From: Octopus sinensis
Taxonomy: Eukaryota
NCBI RefSeq assembly: GCF_006345805.1
Contig: NC_043012.1
Coordinates: forward strand, 50,344,001 to 50,408,000
Reading direction: 5' to 3'
DNA: 64,000 bases
The notes beneath the pieces were generated by a model. That model was not told the origin of the DNA. It saw only the letters and a program-made list of their open reading frames with translations, and ran no database searches. The position numbers and the translations under genes were made by a program. Below, piece by piece: positions 12,923-25,216 of the stretch. Each line of letters begins with the position of its first letter. Position 1 is the stretch's first letter.

Positions 12923-13773
12923 AACAACACACAAGATGAGGACAAATATCCGTCAACTGCAAATAATCTTCATAGTAACTTATTACAAAATAATCTGTTG
13001 TTCTTTCTTTCGATTGGGATAGGATAAGAATTGTTCCTTTAAATTCTAGCAGATTTTCGTCAAAGCAGTCCTTATAAAATTTGAACGTTATATCCAAAGT
13101 GTTGTATTAAATTCTAGAATTTACAAGATGCCTACATATGTAAATAAATTTTGTGTATTCAACCTCAGCTCTTGACATTTTATTCTCTTTTATCAATACT
13201 AGACAAATAAATATGAAGTTAGATTTCATTACCATTTGTTCTCAGAGATATCAGTGAAAACCGAAATGCAGTTTGACGGAAACTGTTACAAATCTGCCAC
13301 ACTACGCCAGATATTCCATCCTGATATTGTCAAGGAGTTATATAAATAGCATTTAACGCTCTGTGCTCAAAATATTGAAAGAATGCATATAAATGAGGAA
13401 CTCAATAAGTAATCCAATCCATATTATTAAGGAAGACTTTAAACTGTATGTGAGCTTCTGGCATGGTCGAGTTGTAGTTCTGTGTTGCAAAGATGCATCT
13501 TAGTTTAATCTATTGGATTGCGACGAAGACAAATAAACAAAACACCATATATCTTCTTGGTCCTACATTTCTCATATTAGGGACAGATGTTAGAAGTTAT
13601 GATGATTCGTTTTAATTTTTTTATATTTTCCTCATAGTGTCCAAAATATGTAGCACTTTCATTATCTTTATATTCATATCAAGAAGTGAATAAATATAAA
13701 TTATGCACAAACACGCACATAAACACACATAAAAATATGTGGGCGTGTGCAGGTATGCAGGTATATATATACA

Positions 13774-13808
<35 letters not shown>

Positions 13809-13881
13809 TTATATATATATGTGGGTGTATAAGTATATATATATATATATATAAAATTATATATATATATATATATATAAA

Positions 13882-13921
<40 letters not shown>

Positions 13922-14498
13922 ATACATGGGTACAGGACGTCCCTAACCGTATAAAGAACATGAAGTACGAAAACAAAAGAGTTAAACACGCAAAGAATGA
14001 GAGACAATGATGGTAAACTGGAAAGTAAACAGAGAACGACTCTTCATTTGTCGGTTGACTATCTACTCCTCATTTCGAGCATTCAACGATAATGTGAGTC
14101 CTCAAAGACAGTTGCTCCCATAAATTCCAAAATAAATTTAGGGATTTATAGAGGGTTAAATTTTGGAACAAAAACAGGACAGTGGAGTCATACAAGGAAA
14201 CCGAATGAAAACGAAGATGGAGGGTCGTTAGACCAGAACGAGAGGAATGTAGTGGACAGTGGGAGAAATATTTTTTTGAAAAGAGAAGAGATAAAAGAGG
14301 AAGATAGAAGACGTCCAGTTCTTAGAACGTCGTGCAGGAAAAGAAAGATGGCCACGTGAGGTAAAGTTAGATACATGAGGGTCACGTGTGAGCAACGAGA
14401 GAGAGAAAAAAGAGAAGGCGGAGACAGACAGAAAAAAGTGAAGGGGAGAAATGGGAATTAGAGAGGCCAGTGCAACGCCACGCACCCATTTGCACGTG

Positions 14499-14547
<49 letters not shown>

Positions 14548-14559
14548 AATATAAATTTA

Positions 14560-14762
14560 ATCTAAACAAGAAAACACAAAAGAACACAGCACGCGAGGAC
14601 GTGGAACAAATAAAGTATTATTGGACGCTGAGGAAAGAAGGGAAGAAGGAGGGTTTAACGTTTCGAGCGGAGATCTTCGTCGGAAACAAAGGAGAAAGAA
14701 AGATCCCGAGAAGGGAAGACAGAGGAAAAAAAATTGCTGGCGGTGCTCACGAGGTGACATGT
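14560..14762 (-). mobile_element. PLE-type non-coding fragment (family B) between (TA)n arrays
   Basis: Contains a hammerhead-like motif on the minus strand and has a pyrimidine-rich, pLTR-like composition. Confidence 0.5.
14653..14687 (-). ncRNA. Minimal hammerhead ribozyme variant (family B)
   Basis: Minus strand reads GTTT-CCGACGA-A-GATC-TCC-GCTC-GAAAC-GTT-AAAC: a 4-bp stem I, a stem II with one mismatch, and a palindromic AACGTT helix III. Confidence 0.55.
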
Positions 14763-15001
14763 ATATATATATATATATATATATAACAACATACATACAT
14801 TAATGTATTGGTATACTGGCAAATGTATAAACACTCGTATTTAAAAATCACTGAGTCTCTTATCGTATGATCAAACACACACTTACATACACTTTATCTC
14901 TCTCACACACATATAGACATATATATTTATATACACACATATATATACATATATATGTATATGTATATATCATATATACGTACACATATACATGTACAAG
15001 C

Positions 15002-15044
<43 letters not shown>

Positions 15045-15762
15045 ATATATATACATATACACACTCATATATACATGCATACATACATACTGATATATGT
15101 GTGTATGTGTGTGTGTATAGATATATTAGTAGTTCTTTATATACTTCTATGAACCAATATAGAAATGGTTATACAGACCAATGGGAGTGCTAGAGGATCT
15201 AAGTTTCTCAATTTTATTACTGATTCTTATAAATCTAAGCATATACGGTGTTATGATGTTACTCACCATTCGTTTTCCGAAATTGCATTGAATGTCTTCT
15301 TGGTGATTCATCTTCAGCTGTATCACTGTAATGACAGCTTATCCGAAGGTAAATGCACTTTTGGAAGTAGCGTATCCCTGTAGAATATCTTGTATGCGGA
15401 TAAATATCGAACGCTCTTTTGTGAGCTACGACTTATCGATAAAACAAAAAAAAAACTGTATTACATAGAATGGAATGGATATGCTACTACAAACACACAA
15501 ATACACACTCAAACACACAAACAAATACACACACACACGCATCCTCATATATACATACACATATATATGGATATATATGTATGTATACAGAGAGAGAGAA
15601 AGGGGAGGTGTTTAAGTACGACTATATATTTATGTATGCATTCATATTTATATATGCTTATTTAAATATAGATTTTACACTTATATTAGTGTGCGCATGT
15701 GCACGAGGAAGTGTTTGTGATTGTACATATATCGACAAATACATACATCGTTATACATGTAT

Positions 15763-15843
<81 letters not shown>

Positions 15844-15855
15844 TACATACATGTT

Positions 15856-16068
15856 GAGGCGCAATGGTTCAGTGGTTAGGGCAGCGTACTCGCGGTTGTA
15901 GGATCGCGGTTTCGATTCCCAGACCGGGCATGGTGAGTGTTTATTGAGCGATAACACCTAAAGTGTCACGAGCTCCAGCAGGGGTGGTGGCGATCCCTGC
16001 TGTACTCTTTTGCCACAACTTTCTCTCACACTTCCTTCTTTTGGCCTAGTCTGGTCGGTCACGGTGAT
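15856..16068 (+). mobile_element. tRNA-derived SINE, family C (internally deleted)
   Basis: Head GAGGCGCAATGGTTCAGTGGTTAGGGCAGCG...GGTTTCGATTCCC with A/B boxes; homologous to 39643, 40431 and 62730. Confidence 0.85.
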
Positions 16069-16706
16069 ATATACATACTTATAAATATATATATATACAC
16101 ACACACACATATATATATGTACATATATCTGTGTATGTGTGTGTGTGTGTGTAAATAAACATGCAAATGCCATTTTCAGGACATATTTTCTAGTAAATAT
16201 TCTACTTTATAGTCACGGGTATCCATTGGTATAACTACATTTATTTGTTATTTTGAAAGAACGACTACAACCTTTTCAAAAACGATCTTGCGTATCATTG
16301 TATGAGATCCCTGTTGCTTATGTTGAATGTAAATTTCATTTTAAGAACGTTTCCCGATTAACCCATTGTCATTTTGGGGATACAGCGTTGTGTACGATCA
16401 CATTTATATAGCCGGCAGTTATTTCTGCAAACTTCACCACCGGTATTCTAAAAATATAAAAACATGTAATTGTTGTGTCCATGTATGCAAATGTTAGATT
16501 CGCATCTATAGTTAGTCCTTTATTTTCGAGGTCCTTTCCACATAGAGTATACAGAGTTCTCGTTAATAATTTTCTCGATACTATAATCATATATAGTGAG
16601 ATGTTGAGTGTAGTGCATATCAAGATCAGAAGTGAACAGATTTGAGCCCTTGAGGTCAATACAACTGTTAGCATGCTGGCTGATTGGGACTTTGTTCAAA
16701 AATCGT

Positions 16707-16876
16707 ATAGGCGTAGGAGTGGCTGCGTGGTAAGTAGCTTGCTCACAAACTACACGGTTCAGTCCCACTGCGTGGCACCATGGGCAAGTGTCTTCTACTA
16801 TAACCTCGGGCCAAACAAAGCCGTGTGAGTGGATTCGGTAGACGGAAACTTAAATAAGCCCGTCGTATATATGCAC

Positions 16877-16954
<78 letters not shown>

Positions 16955-17151
16955 TATGTGTATGTGCGTGTATATATTTGTCCCTCGCACATCGATTGAC
17001 AACCGTTGCTGGTGTTAGCGATTCGGCAAAAGAGACCGATAGAATATGTACTAGGCTTACAAAGAATAACTCCTGGGATCGATGTGCTCGTCAAAGGTGG
17101 TTCTCCAGCATGGCCACAATCAAATGACTGAAACATGTAAAGAGTAAAGAG
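16707..17151 (+). mobile_element. tRNA-derived SINE, family A, with internal (TA)n
   Basis: Head ATAGGCGTAGGAGTGGCTG..GGTAAGTAGCTT, core GGGCAAGTGTCTTCTACTATA, tail AGAGTAAAGAG; shared with four other copies. Confidence 0.9.
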
Positions 17152-18359
17152 TTTGTGTGTATGTGTTTGTGTGAGTGATTGCATATGTGCTTATGGGTAC
17201 CTTTACAGGAACAATAAATAGATTTGGAAAGCGATTGCAAGACTGAATAATTATTTCCACATTCACTTAAACCACATTCAGCAGATTCTACATCGAATAG
17301 TAGGTTCCGATAGAGAGACGTATAGACCAGGGCTACGAAAACACCATATTTCCTTCCTTAACTACTCTGTCTGTCCGTCTCTCTCTCTCCCCCCTCTCTC
17401 TCACTCTTTTATTCAATCTCTGCTTCCTTCTTTGCATTTAGAGACAAATATATACACACTCATACACACACACGCATATATATACACACACAGACGCTTA
17501 TACACAGTATATAAATATAAATATTAGATATATATATATATACATGCATAGATACATACATACATATATACATACATACATACATATATAATATATATAT
17601 ATATATACACATATATATATACATATATATACATACATACATACATAAATTCATATATATGTATATATATATATATAGGGAGAGAGAGATAGAATCAAAT
17701 TTACTGCAATAAAGTAATATGTAACGACCATTATTTATGCTATGTGTATATATGTATATGAGCATGTGTGTATGTGTGAGTGTGTTTGAGTGTGATGTGT
17801 TCGCCTGTGTGTGTGTGTGCGTGTGTGTCTGCCTGTCTGTGTGTCTGTGTGTAATAAATCTACATACACATGTGTACGAAAATACCTCCATGAATAATAT
17901 TTTGTTAATATAAATCTTAAAGTAGAGAACACTCTTTCAGTGATTTGAATGTGTTATTACATTTGATACTTTATTGTAGGTGGATTATTTCTTCGGCGTC
18001 ATTTTATTGTGAATGCATATCAACTTTCTTTTATTCATTATATCTTCAGAGAAGGAGTAATGCTAAGAGACGTTACACTGTTAGCTGTTAAACATTGAGC
18101 AGATTAAGGTATCCTTACACAAGAAGACAAGGTCGAATTATTAGAGTGGAAGCGACAAGTGGAAGGTGACAGATTGCCTTCATTATATATGAAAACGATC
18201 AATTTACCAACTATTTGATATAAATATTTGTTATAATTATCAAACGCGAAAATTCTAAGAGAATTCTAGACTAAACACAACTAAGTAATACTAATTAGTG
18301 TTAATATACAAATGCTTATAATGAGATAATGTGTTTATATGTGCATACATACATACATA

Positions 18360-18410
<51 letters not shown>

Positions 18411-18643
18411 ATAAATATATATATATATATAGAGAGAGAGGGAGGGAGAGGGAGACAGAATGAGACAGACAGTAACTTTTAATGCAAGAAAGAAATATGC
18501 AATAACCATTATTTATGCTATCTTTATATATGTGGGTGTTAGGATACTTATATATATATATATTCATGTGTATATATGTATTTATGTAAGTGTTATATGT
18601 GGGAGCATGCCAGCACGTTAGTGTGCTTGTGCTTTGATATCAG

Positions 18644-18727
18644 GACTACCACAGATGTTGATATGACGGGAATGTCTGAAAGTACAACGGTTATAAGAGA
18701 TGTTGCAGATGAAATGAATTTTGCTAC
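18644..18727 (+). CDS. Speculative symmetric phase-2 exon (TTTDVDMTGMSESTTVIRDVADEMNFA)
   Basis: TTTGATATCAG acceptor, GTAAGA donor, 84 nt, protein-like composition. Confidence 0.2.
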
Positions 18728-19662
18728 GTAAGACTGGTAATTCGTTGAAGGGGAATTAAAGCAGATTGAAAGAAGCACGTATCAGTATAAGGACTGTAAA
18801 TAATAAAGTAATTTTTAATAACCAGGAGGACTTGCAACTAATTGCAATATCGAATTTGGCTTCTTTACAAGTCAGGTTATGTTAGCGGTAAATAATAGTA
18901 AAATAAAGAGAAAATTATTAATTTAAAAAGCAAAATTAGTTTAAGAATATTGAAGCACCGGAAAATGCATAAAATAAGGCCCACGGCATATTGTTGATTT
19001 CTATGTGGTGTTAAAAAATTAAATTCCAGAAACTTCTCCGAAGTGTGGTTTTAATCATAGAATATTATTATGTCTAAGGGCAGATTTAATAGAAAGTGTC
19101 AAAAGATATGATGATAAGTATATAAGCAGTTGGTTAATGTTTATACTTTACAGATAGAGAGGAAAGTTATGATAGTAAAATTGTGATCTAGCGATTTTAA
19201 GGATGAATTCTGGGTTGGTTGAGCGTCTGATGCTGTTACTTCGGTTCAAAACCTTTATGACTATTTGATTGAATTGCACAACCTTTTATTGAAGTTTAGC
19301 ATTCGTTTCATTGCCTGAGTGTTATTAATTTTAATCTATGAAAGGCGTTAGCATTTATTTATTTATGTTATTTATACGAGGTTAATTTTATTTATGTTTT
19401 CGAAGATGTTACGTTATACTGAATGGAATATTTTAATTAGAAATTTCAGGGTCAATTTTGAGATGATTCACGAAATATTATTTTGCGTAGCCATCAGGTT
19501 TAATTTTTTTAAGGCAGAACCCCCCCACCCCCCACCCCAACAAAAGAAAATGCTGATTTATACCGAGATACGAAGAGTTATTCCTTGGTGTTCGAATCAG
19601 TAATGTACATTACACACACACACAAAAACACATTTATGTATATGCATATATGTAGATGTTTG

Positions 19663-19694
<32 letters not shown>

Positions 19695-20160
19695 ATAATA
19701 TTAGTTCGTATACGAGTGGGTATATATTTGTAAAAAATGAAGTTCGAAAATGCTGCTATATTAGACAAATTTTTAATTTTTATATATACATTATTTATTT
19801 AATGTTTCGGTTCTTGAAATGATGAACCTTATCAAAAAAAATTATATATAAAAAAGATAGTTCATGCTATCAAATATAAAAAATTCATATATAATATACA
19901 ATAGAGTCAGACATCAAAAGTTCATATATAGTGAAGTGAGTTCATGCTATATGTTTAAAGAGTATGATGTAGTAGTTCATAGTGGTGATATGCATTCAAT
20001 ATAAAAAATAGTTCAGAGTGGTGATATGCATTCAATATAAAAAATTGATGTTCTTGAAAAAGCGAGGGATTCATTTTAGATTTTACCTTGAGTAACTGTG
20101 ATGACTTTTGGTCGGTGTCCGCTGGCGAACCTTGTGAATTGTTTGGGTTTTATATCACCT

Positions 20161-20480
20161 GTTAGGTGGCCAGTCCAGCGGAACGTGACGTCATCAACGT
20201 TTTGACCAATCGTTTCGTTAGGTGGCTAGTCAAGCAGAACGGGACGTCATCAATATTATGACCAATAAGAATCGGGTCCGACCTATAGCTGTATTAGATC
20301 TGCCCCTTGTCTGTATCCCGTTAGGTGGTCAGTCCAGCGTAACGAGACGTCATCACTGCTTTGACCAATCATCCCGTTAGGTGGCCAGTCCAGCAGAACG
20401 AGATGTCATCAATGTTTCGACCAATCAGAATCGGGTCTGACCCTTAGCTGTATCGTATGTGGCCAGTCCATGAGGATTAG
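20161..20480. promoter_or_regulatory. Tandem array of about 56-bp units, each with a CRE-like and a CCAAT motif (159-bp higher-order duplication)
   Basis: Units start at 20161, 20217, 20320 and 20376. TGACGTCA lies at 20186-20193 and GACCAAT occurs at fixed spacing in each unit. Confidence 0.6.
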
Positions 20481-20615
20481 ATCTGTTCGAAGAGATCTTT
20501 TTATAAATGTTTTTCCCTTTTCCCTAAGACATATTTCCGTCAGTGTGAGTGACTGTTTAAGGTAGCGGCCGTGGTGGAATTTCGCTTCTCCTTTTCGGAG
20601 GACCAATCTTTTGTT

Positions 20616-20966
20616 TTAATATTCCTGGCCCAGGGTGTTTAAACTTGGTCTAAATTTTTTGATGAAATACAGTTCTTTATTTTGGCGTTGCGTGAAGGTT
20701 GCGTTGTCACTGAATTTATAAAGCGGGTAAGTTGTAAATTTCGGATTTACATTTCCAGCACATCTATCTATGTGTCCGCTGACCGGTATTTTCCGGTATT
20801 CAGGGTTTCTAATTTGTGATTTATGCACCGCCATCCTGTTACGTAAGCTATTTTTTGTATGGCCTATATACTGCCTATTGCAGCCTGCGCATGTTATGAC
20901 GTAAATTAAGTTTTCTGATGCGCAGGTGAAGTTTGCTCTAATGGTGAACTGATGGCCTTGTTCTAG
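20616..20966 (-). pseudogene. PLE GIY-YIG endonuclease domain, 5'-truncated, frame intact (about 116 aa)
   Basis: LEQGHQFTIRANFTCASENLIYVITCAGCNRQYIGHTKNSLRNRMAVHKSQI..VSGHIDRC..RQNKELYFIKKFRPSLN shows LIY..C..C..YIG, the conserved R, H, H residues and the terminal E/N typical of PLE endonucleases. Confidence 0.9.
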
Positions 20967-22149
20967 TATGTATATATATAAAGTGTGTGTATGTATGTAT
21001 TTATGTGGGTAGTTATCCGCGTATTAAATAAGTGCAAAATTTGCTGTATATCCCTGGGATGTTAGTTTGCCAAAATGTAGTAGCACAGAATAATTGAACA
21101 ATATCTATTTACCTCATTCAACCACCAACATCATATTTTCTGCCATCTTTTTCCTCGTCATTCATTGATGTACCTCAATCATCTTCCCAATCCCTTACTT
21201 GAATTTTTTTAGCTTTTGTTCTCTATATAGCTTCGTTAATAAGATGTAGGGTGACACGGTATATTTTTATCCAGTCAAACCAATTAATATTTCCGTCTAT
21301 TAAAAACACTCTGGGTAACTTGCATTTTTGAACTTTCCAACAATTTCCTTTCTAACTTTTTTGTTAACTCGATATTCAGTAAAAGAAATTTCGAAGTACC
21401 ATTCTATAACATGTCATTTCGAATGACATGATAATTTATTTGTTTGGCATCTGTCGTCCAGGAATCCCTCCCATAAATTTCAATTGAAATTACAGCTGGC
21501 CCTTTAACCATTATTTTATTATTGTTGTTTTCTTATATTCGTATTTTTCTAATTAGGGTAACATTTGGCTAAAGCTAACCAAACACATGTTAGATTTTGA
21601 ATTCCGACTGTTTTTCATTTTCACTGAAGCCTAGGAAATGTAAAAAATTCAGTTAGCTTCAATTGTGGTAGATTCAATTAGCCATATGATGGCCTACGTC
21701 CATTGGAAGTTACTTCACGAGTTTTACCGCAGTAACGTATTTTTAATATTGATTAGACCAATAATTTTCGAATGTAATCTTAAACATGATATTCTTAATA
21801 ATGGACGCCAGTACAATATTTATATTATTAGTATAAACATATTTCGCTTCAATGTGATAGAGACGAACTACGATAATATCTATCTTGAGATTTGTATTCC
21901 GTATTCTCAGATCCTGCGATGAAAGTATTCTGCGCAGTGGTTACTTCTGTCCTTTAAGATCTCTGCTTGATTATCGTTCGATTCATCAATTTTCATGCAT
22001 GTTTTTATGTATTGTTGGCAGCTGTAATTTTAGCAAATATTGGTTGCCCTGGTGTGTGGGGAGGATTTTAGGAAATAATTTTATAAATTATGTATCAACT
22101 GGATCTGCTTTAGTGAGACTGTTATGATTACAGAAATAGTACAGATAAT

Positions 22150-22330
22150 TTGTCTCATGACATCATTGGTGTAATGGAGCAAAATGTTTGATTTACCATT
22201 TATTCCAATCTGTGGATTATTATGTGATGATAACTCACCATAAAAGATTATTTTAATACATTTATATCCATTCAATCAGCCTGATGTACGACCCATTGCA
22301 TCTTTAATAATCGAATACAAGCTATATAGG
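22150..22330 (-). mobile_element. Possible highly decayed RTE-type LINE C-terminal fragment
   Basis: Frameshifted QWVVH..MD / KIIFYGELS resembles RW.GHV.RM...PK.IFYGEL. The match is weak. Confidence 0.25.
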
Positions 22331-22962
22331 ACTGTTATGTCACTGTTACGCTCAGTCACACCTTATTTCGCAACAGTTAGTATTATTCGAGATAACACAT
22401 TAACGTCAACATCTCATATTTCGATACACATAGGGGCAATTTTACATTATATCCTTTTTTCTAACTGAGAAGTCACGGGTATGATTTGAAGGCCATTGGC
22501 TCCTATTCCAGCTGATTGGGTAAAAATGAATCAAGATCATTTAGAATATCAGGTATGTAACTGGCACGAGAATGACAATATAAAAAGTAACACACTGATA
22601 TTATAGTTAGCTTACTTAGATATATATTTATATTGTGAATTCAAACAAAGGAGAAAAAATGTATGTATGTATATGAGTGTGCTTATCCACAGCCAGACAT
22701 ATTATACCTATATGCATACAAGCAAATATGAGTGAACGGGCCTGTGCACGTGTAAGGTATGTGTATGAATTGTGAGCGTATGTGTGTGTGGTTGTTGCTT
22801 ATTTCTCACCTAGATCCCAGCCTTTTATGCTCTTGTAACAATAACAGTACAGATTCTGATCTAACTGTAAGTTCAGTTGATATATTCCTTGCCATATAAT
22901 CCTATATTCCGTGGCGTTAGAAGTACGGATGTTCCACAGGATGGATTGATACTGAATTACGT

Positions 22963-23560
22963 TCTTTTACTCTTTTACTCTTTGACTTGTTTCAGCCATT
23001 TGACGGTGGCCATGCTGCAGCACCGCCTTTAGTCGAGTAAATCAACCCCAGAACTTCTACTTTGTAAGCCTGGTACTTATTCTAGAGCTCTCTTTTGCCG
23101 AACCGCTAAGTTACGGAGATGTGAACACACCAGCATCGGTTGTCAAGCGATGTTGGGGGGACACACACAGAAACACAAAGATATATACACACATACATAT
23201 CTATAGATATATACGACGGGCTTCAATCACTCCAAATCCACTCATAAGGCTTTAGTCGGCCAGAGGCTATAGTAGAAGACACTTGCCCAATGTGGCATGC
23301 AGTGGGACTGAACACGGAAATATGTGGTTCCTAAGTAAACTACTTACCACAGAAACACAGAAACACAAAGATATATACACACATACATATCTATAGATAT
23401 ATACGACGGGCTTCAATCACTCCAAATCCACTCATAAGGCTTTAGTCGGCCAGAGGCTATAGTAGAAGACACTTGCCCAAGGTGGCATGCAGTGGGACTG
23501 AACACGGAAATATGTGGTTCATAAGTAAACTACTTACCACACAGCCACTCCTACGCCTAT
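22963..23560 (-). mobile_element. SINE family A with a 190-bp internal tandem duplication
   Basis: Reverse complement of family A; 23166-23355 is repeated from 23356. Confidence 0.9.
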
Positions 23561-24097
23561 GTTGTTTAAATTTGCTGAAAATTTTTCTCGGTAAATAATA
23601 TAACACACACTGGATAGTATAGAACAATATATTTATCAAGTTTTGTATAGTACATATTAGTTTATTAAATTGGAATATTCGTTATACCTACATTTATCTA
23701 AATTTATCAAATAAATTTCACTTCTATATGAGTATGTGTGCTTGGAAGCGTGTATTTAGTGCATTCACAGACAAACACAGACACACAGAGAAATGCACAC
23801 ACGCACACGCACACACATGCAGAAGCACATACACATACACACACGTATATGTATATGTTTTGATGTACGTATATATATGTGTATGTATACATATTAGACA
23901 ACTATATATATATATATTATATATATATATATGCATATACTTATATGTGTATATCTGCATATATATATATATATATATATATATGTTTATACATATATAC
24001 ACATGCACACATATTTATAGCTAATACGTATCACGTGCGCGCACACAAACATATACAGCTATATATGCCTGAATATATACTGCTCTGTATGATTGTA

Positions 24098-24133
<36 letters not shown>

Positions 24134-24239
24134 TGTATCGTAGTAGTAATGTAGATACCGTGCGCATCCAATTATATTCCCTTTCTCCCTGTACATATAA
24201 ACACATCTATGCATTCTCGTCATTTCATCACTTATCCAG

Positions 24240-24401
24240 GAAGAACAAACATTCAATGATTGTGATGTTCAACCAATTGATATTAAAGAGCATGTTCACA
24301 AGTTAACAGATGCTGGCGATGTTCCAATATACTGTCTTGAGGAGGCCTTCTTCGAGATAGATTTATTTTCGAATGCATCCTCGACGAATATATCTGTCTA
24401 G
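24240..24401 (+). CDS. Speculative terminal exon (EEQTFNDCDVQPIDIKEHVHKLTDAGDVPIYCLEEAFFEIDLFSNASSTNISV*)
   Basis: Pyrimidine-rich CAG acceptor and 53 acidic-rich open codons. Confidence 0.22.
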   Translation, partial: EEQTFNDCDVQPIDIKEHVHKLTDAGDVPIYCLEEAFFEIDLFSNASSTNISV

Positions 24402-24596
24402 AATTGTGCATTGTTTTTGTCACGTTAGCACACGTTGAGATAAATGAGCACACAATTGCTTCTCATTTTAACGCCTTTGTTTCGAATTCACTTTTCTTCC
24501 CTCCCATCCGCTTCCCATATTCACTCTCTCCTCGCCTTCAGCCTTTCATTCTACTTGCTCTGATTATTGGCGTAGATTTTGTTGTTGTTGAGTAGA

Positions 24597-24717
<121 letters not shown>

Positions 24718-25145
24718 CCTCTACCTGTTTCGTGTTGTAGATGATGTCTTTTAACGATGCATCATTTTCTCCTTTGTTTTCAGCAATAACAATAATTCTT
24801 ATTCCATAACCCCGTTCGTTTAAAGATTATGGTAACGCATTTGGAATCATTTACCGCTATTTTTTCTCCCTTTATCATAACCTTTTCGGCCAGGTTATTC
24901 AAAAAGTATTAGGAAGAGAGGAAAATTATATAGATAAGGATAAGTAATTTGGATTCGTAAGTGAAACTGTGTCAAAATTTTCGAATGATGAAGCGAATTG
25001 GAGCAAAATAAAAGATGCATAAACCTGCATGCACACAGGCACAAAACGCACGCGCACACACACACAGATAGATATATATATATATCCGTGTGCGTGTATG
25101 TATATGTATATATATATATATATATAAATATATGCGCGTGAATGT

Positions 25146-25216
<71 letters not shown>

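Larger units (their letters stand above)
12545..12975 (+). mobile_element. Penelope-like element 3' fragment: GIY-YIG C-terminus, tRNA-like segment, microsatellite, hammerhead
   Basis: DREHH followed, after a frameshift, by GIRKLKEAAHILGRNNLLSRPSADMNSTWEPVLRKDREILDL* (12562-12690) resembles the PLE endonuclease end (RK.KEA.HI...W.P.L). A/B boxes and CTGATGA...GAAACGTT follow. Confidence 0.75.
19795..20966 (-). mobile_element. Penelope-like element 3' fragment (EN domain plus pLTR-like region)
   Basis: GIY-YIG reading frame, followed by a CRE/CCAAT tandem array, 36-bp repeats and a decayed hammerhead-like motif, all in the same orientation. Confidence 0.8.

Noticed and set aside
5018-13350. 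Other protein-like short frames after AG (about 5018, 9875, 10660, 13243)
   Set aside because: No homology recognised, and they occur at a frequency compatible with chance, which is also why the retained exon candidates have low confidence.
20161-20480. CRISPR-like array
   Set aside because: Eukaryotic context, the whole unit is repeated without unique spacers, and there are no cas genes.
21408-21492. Small hairpin CATGTCATT/AATGACATG and palindrome AATTTCAATTGAAATT
   Set aside because: Short and AT-rich, expected by chance in 64 kb, with no associated element.
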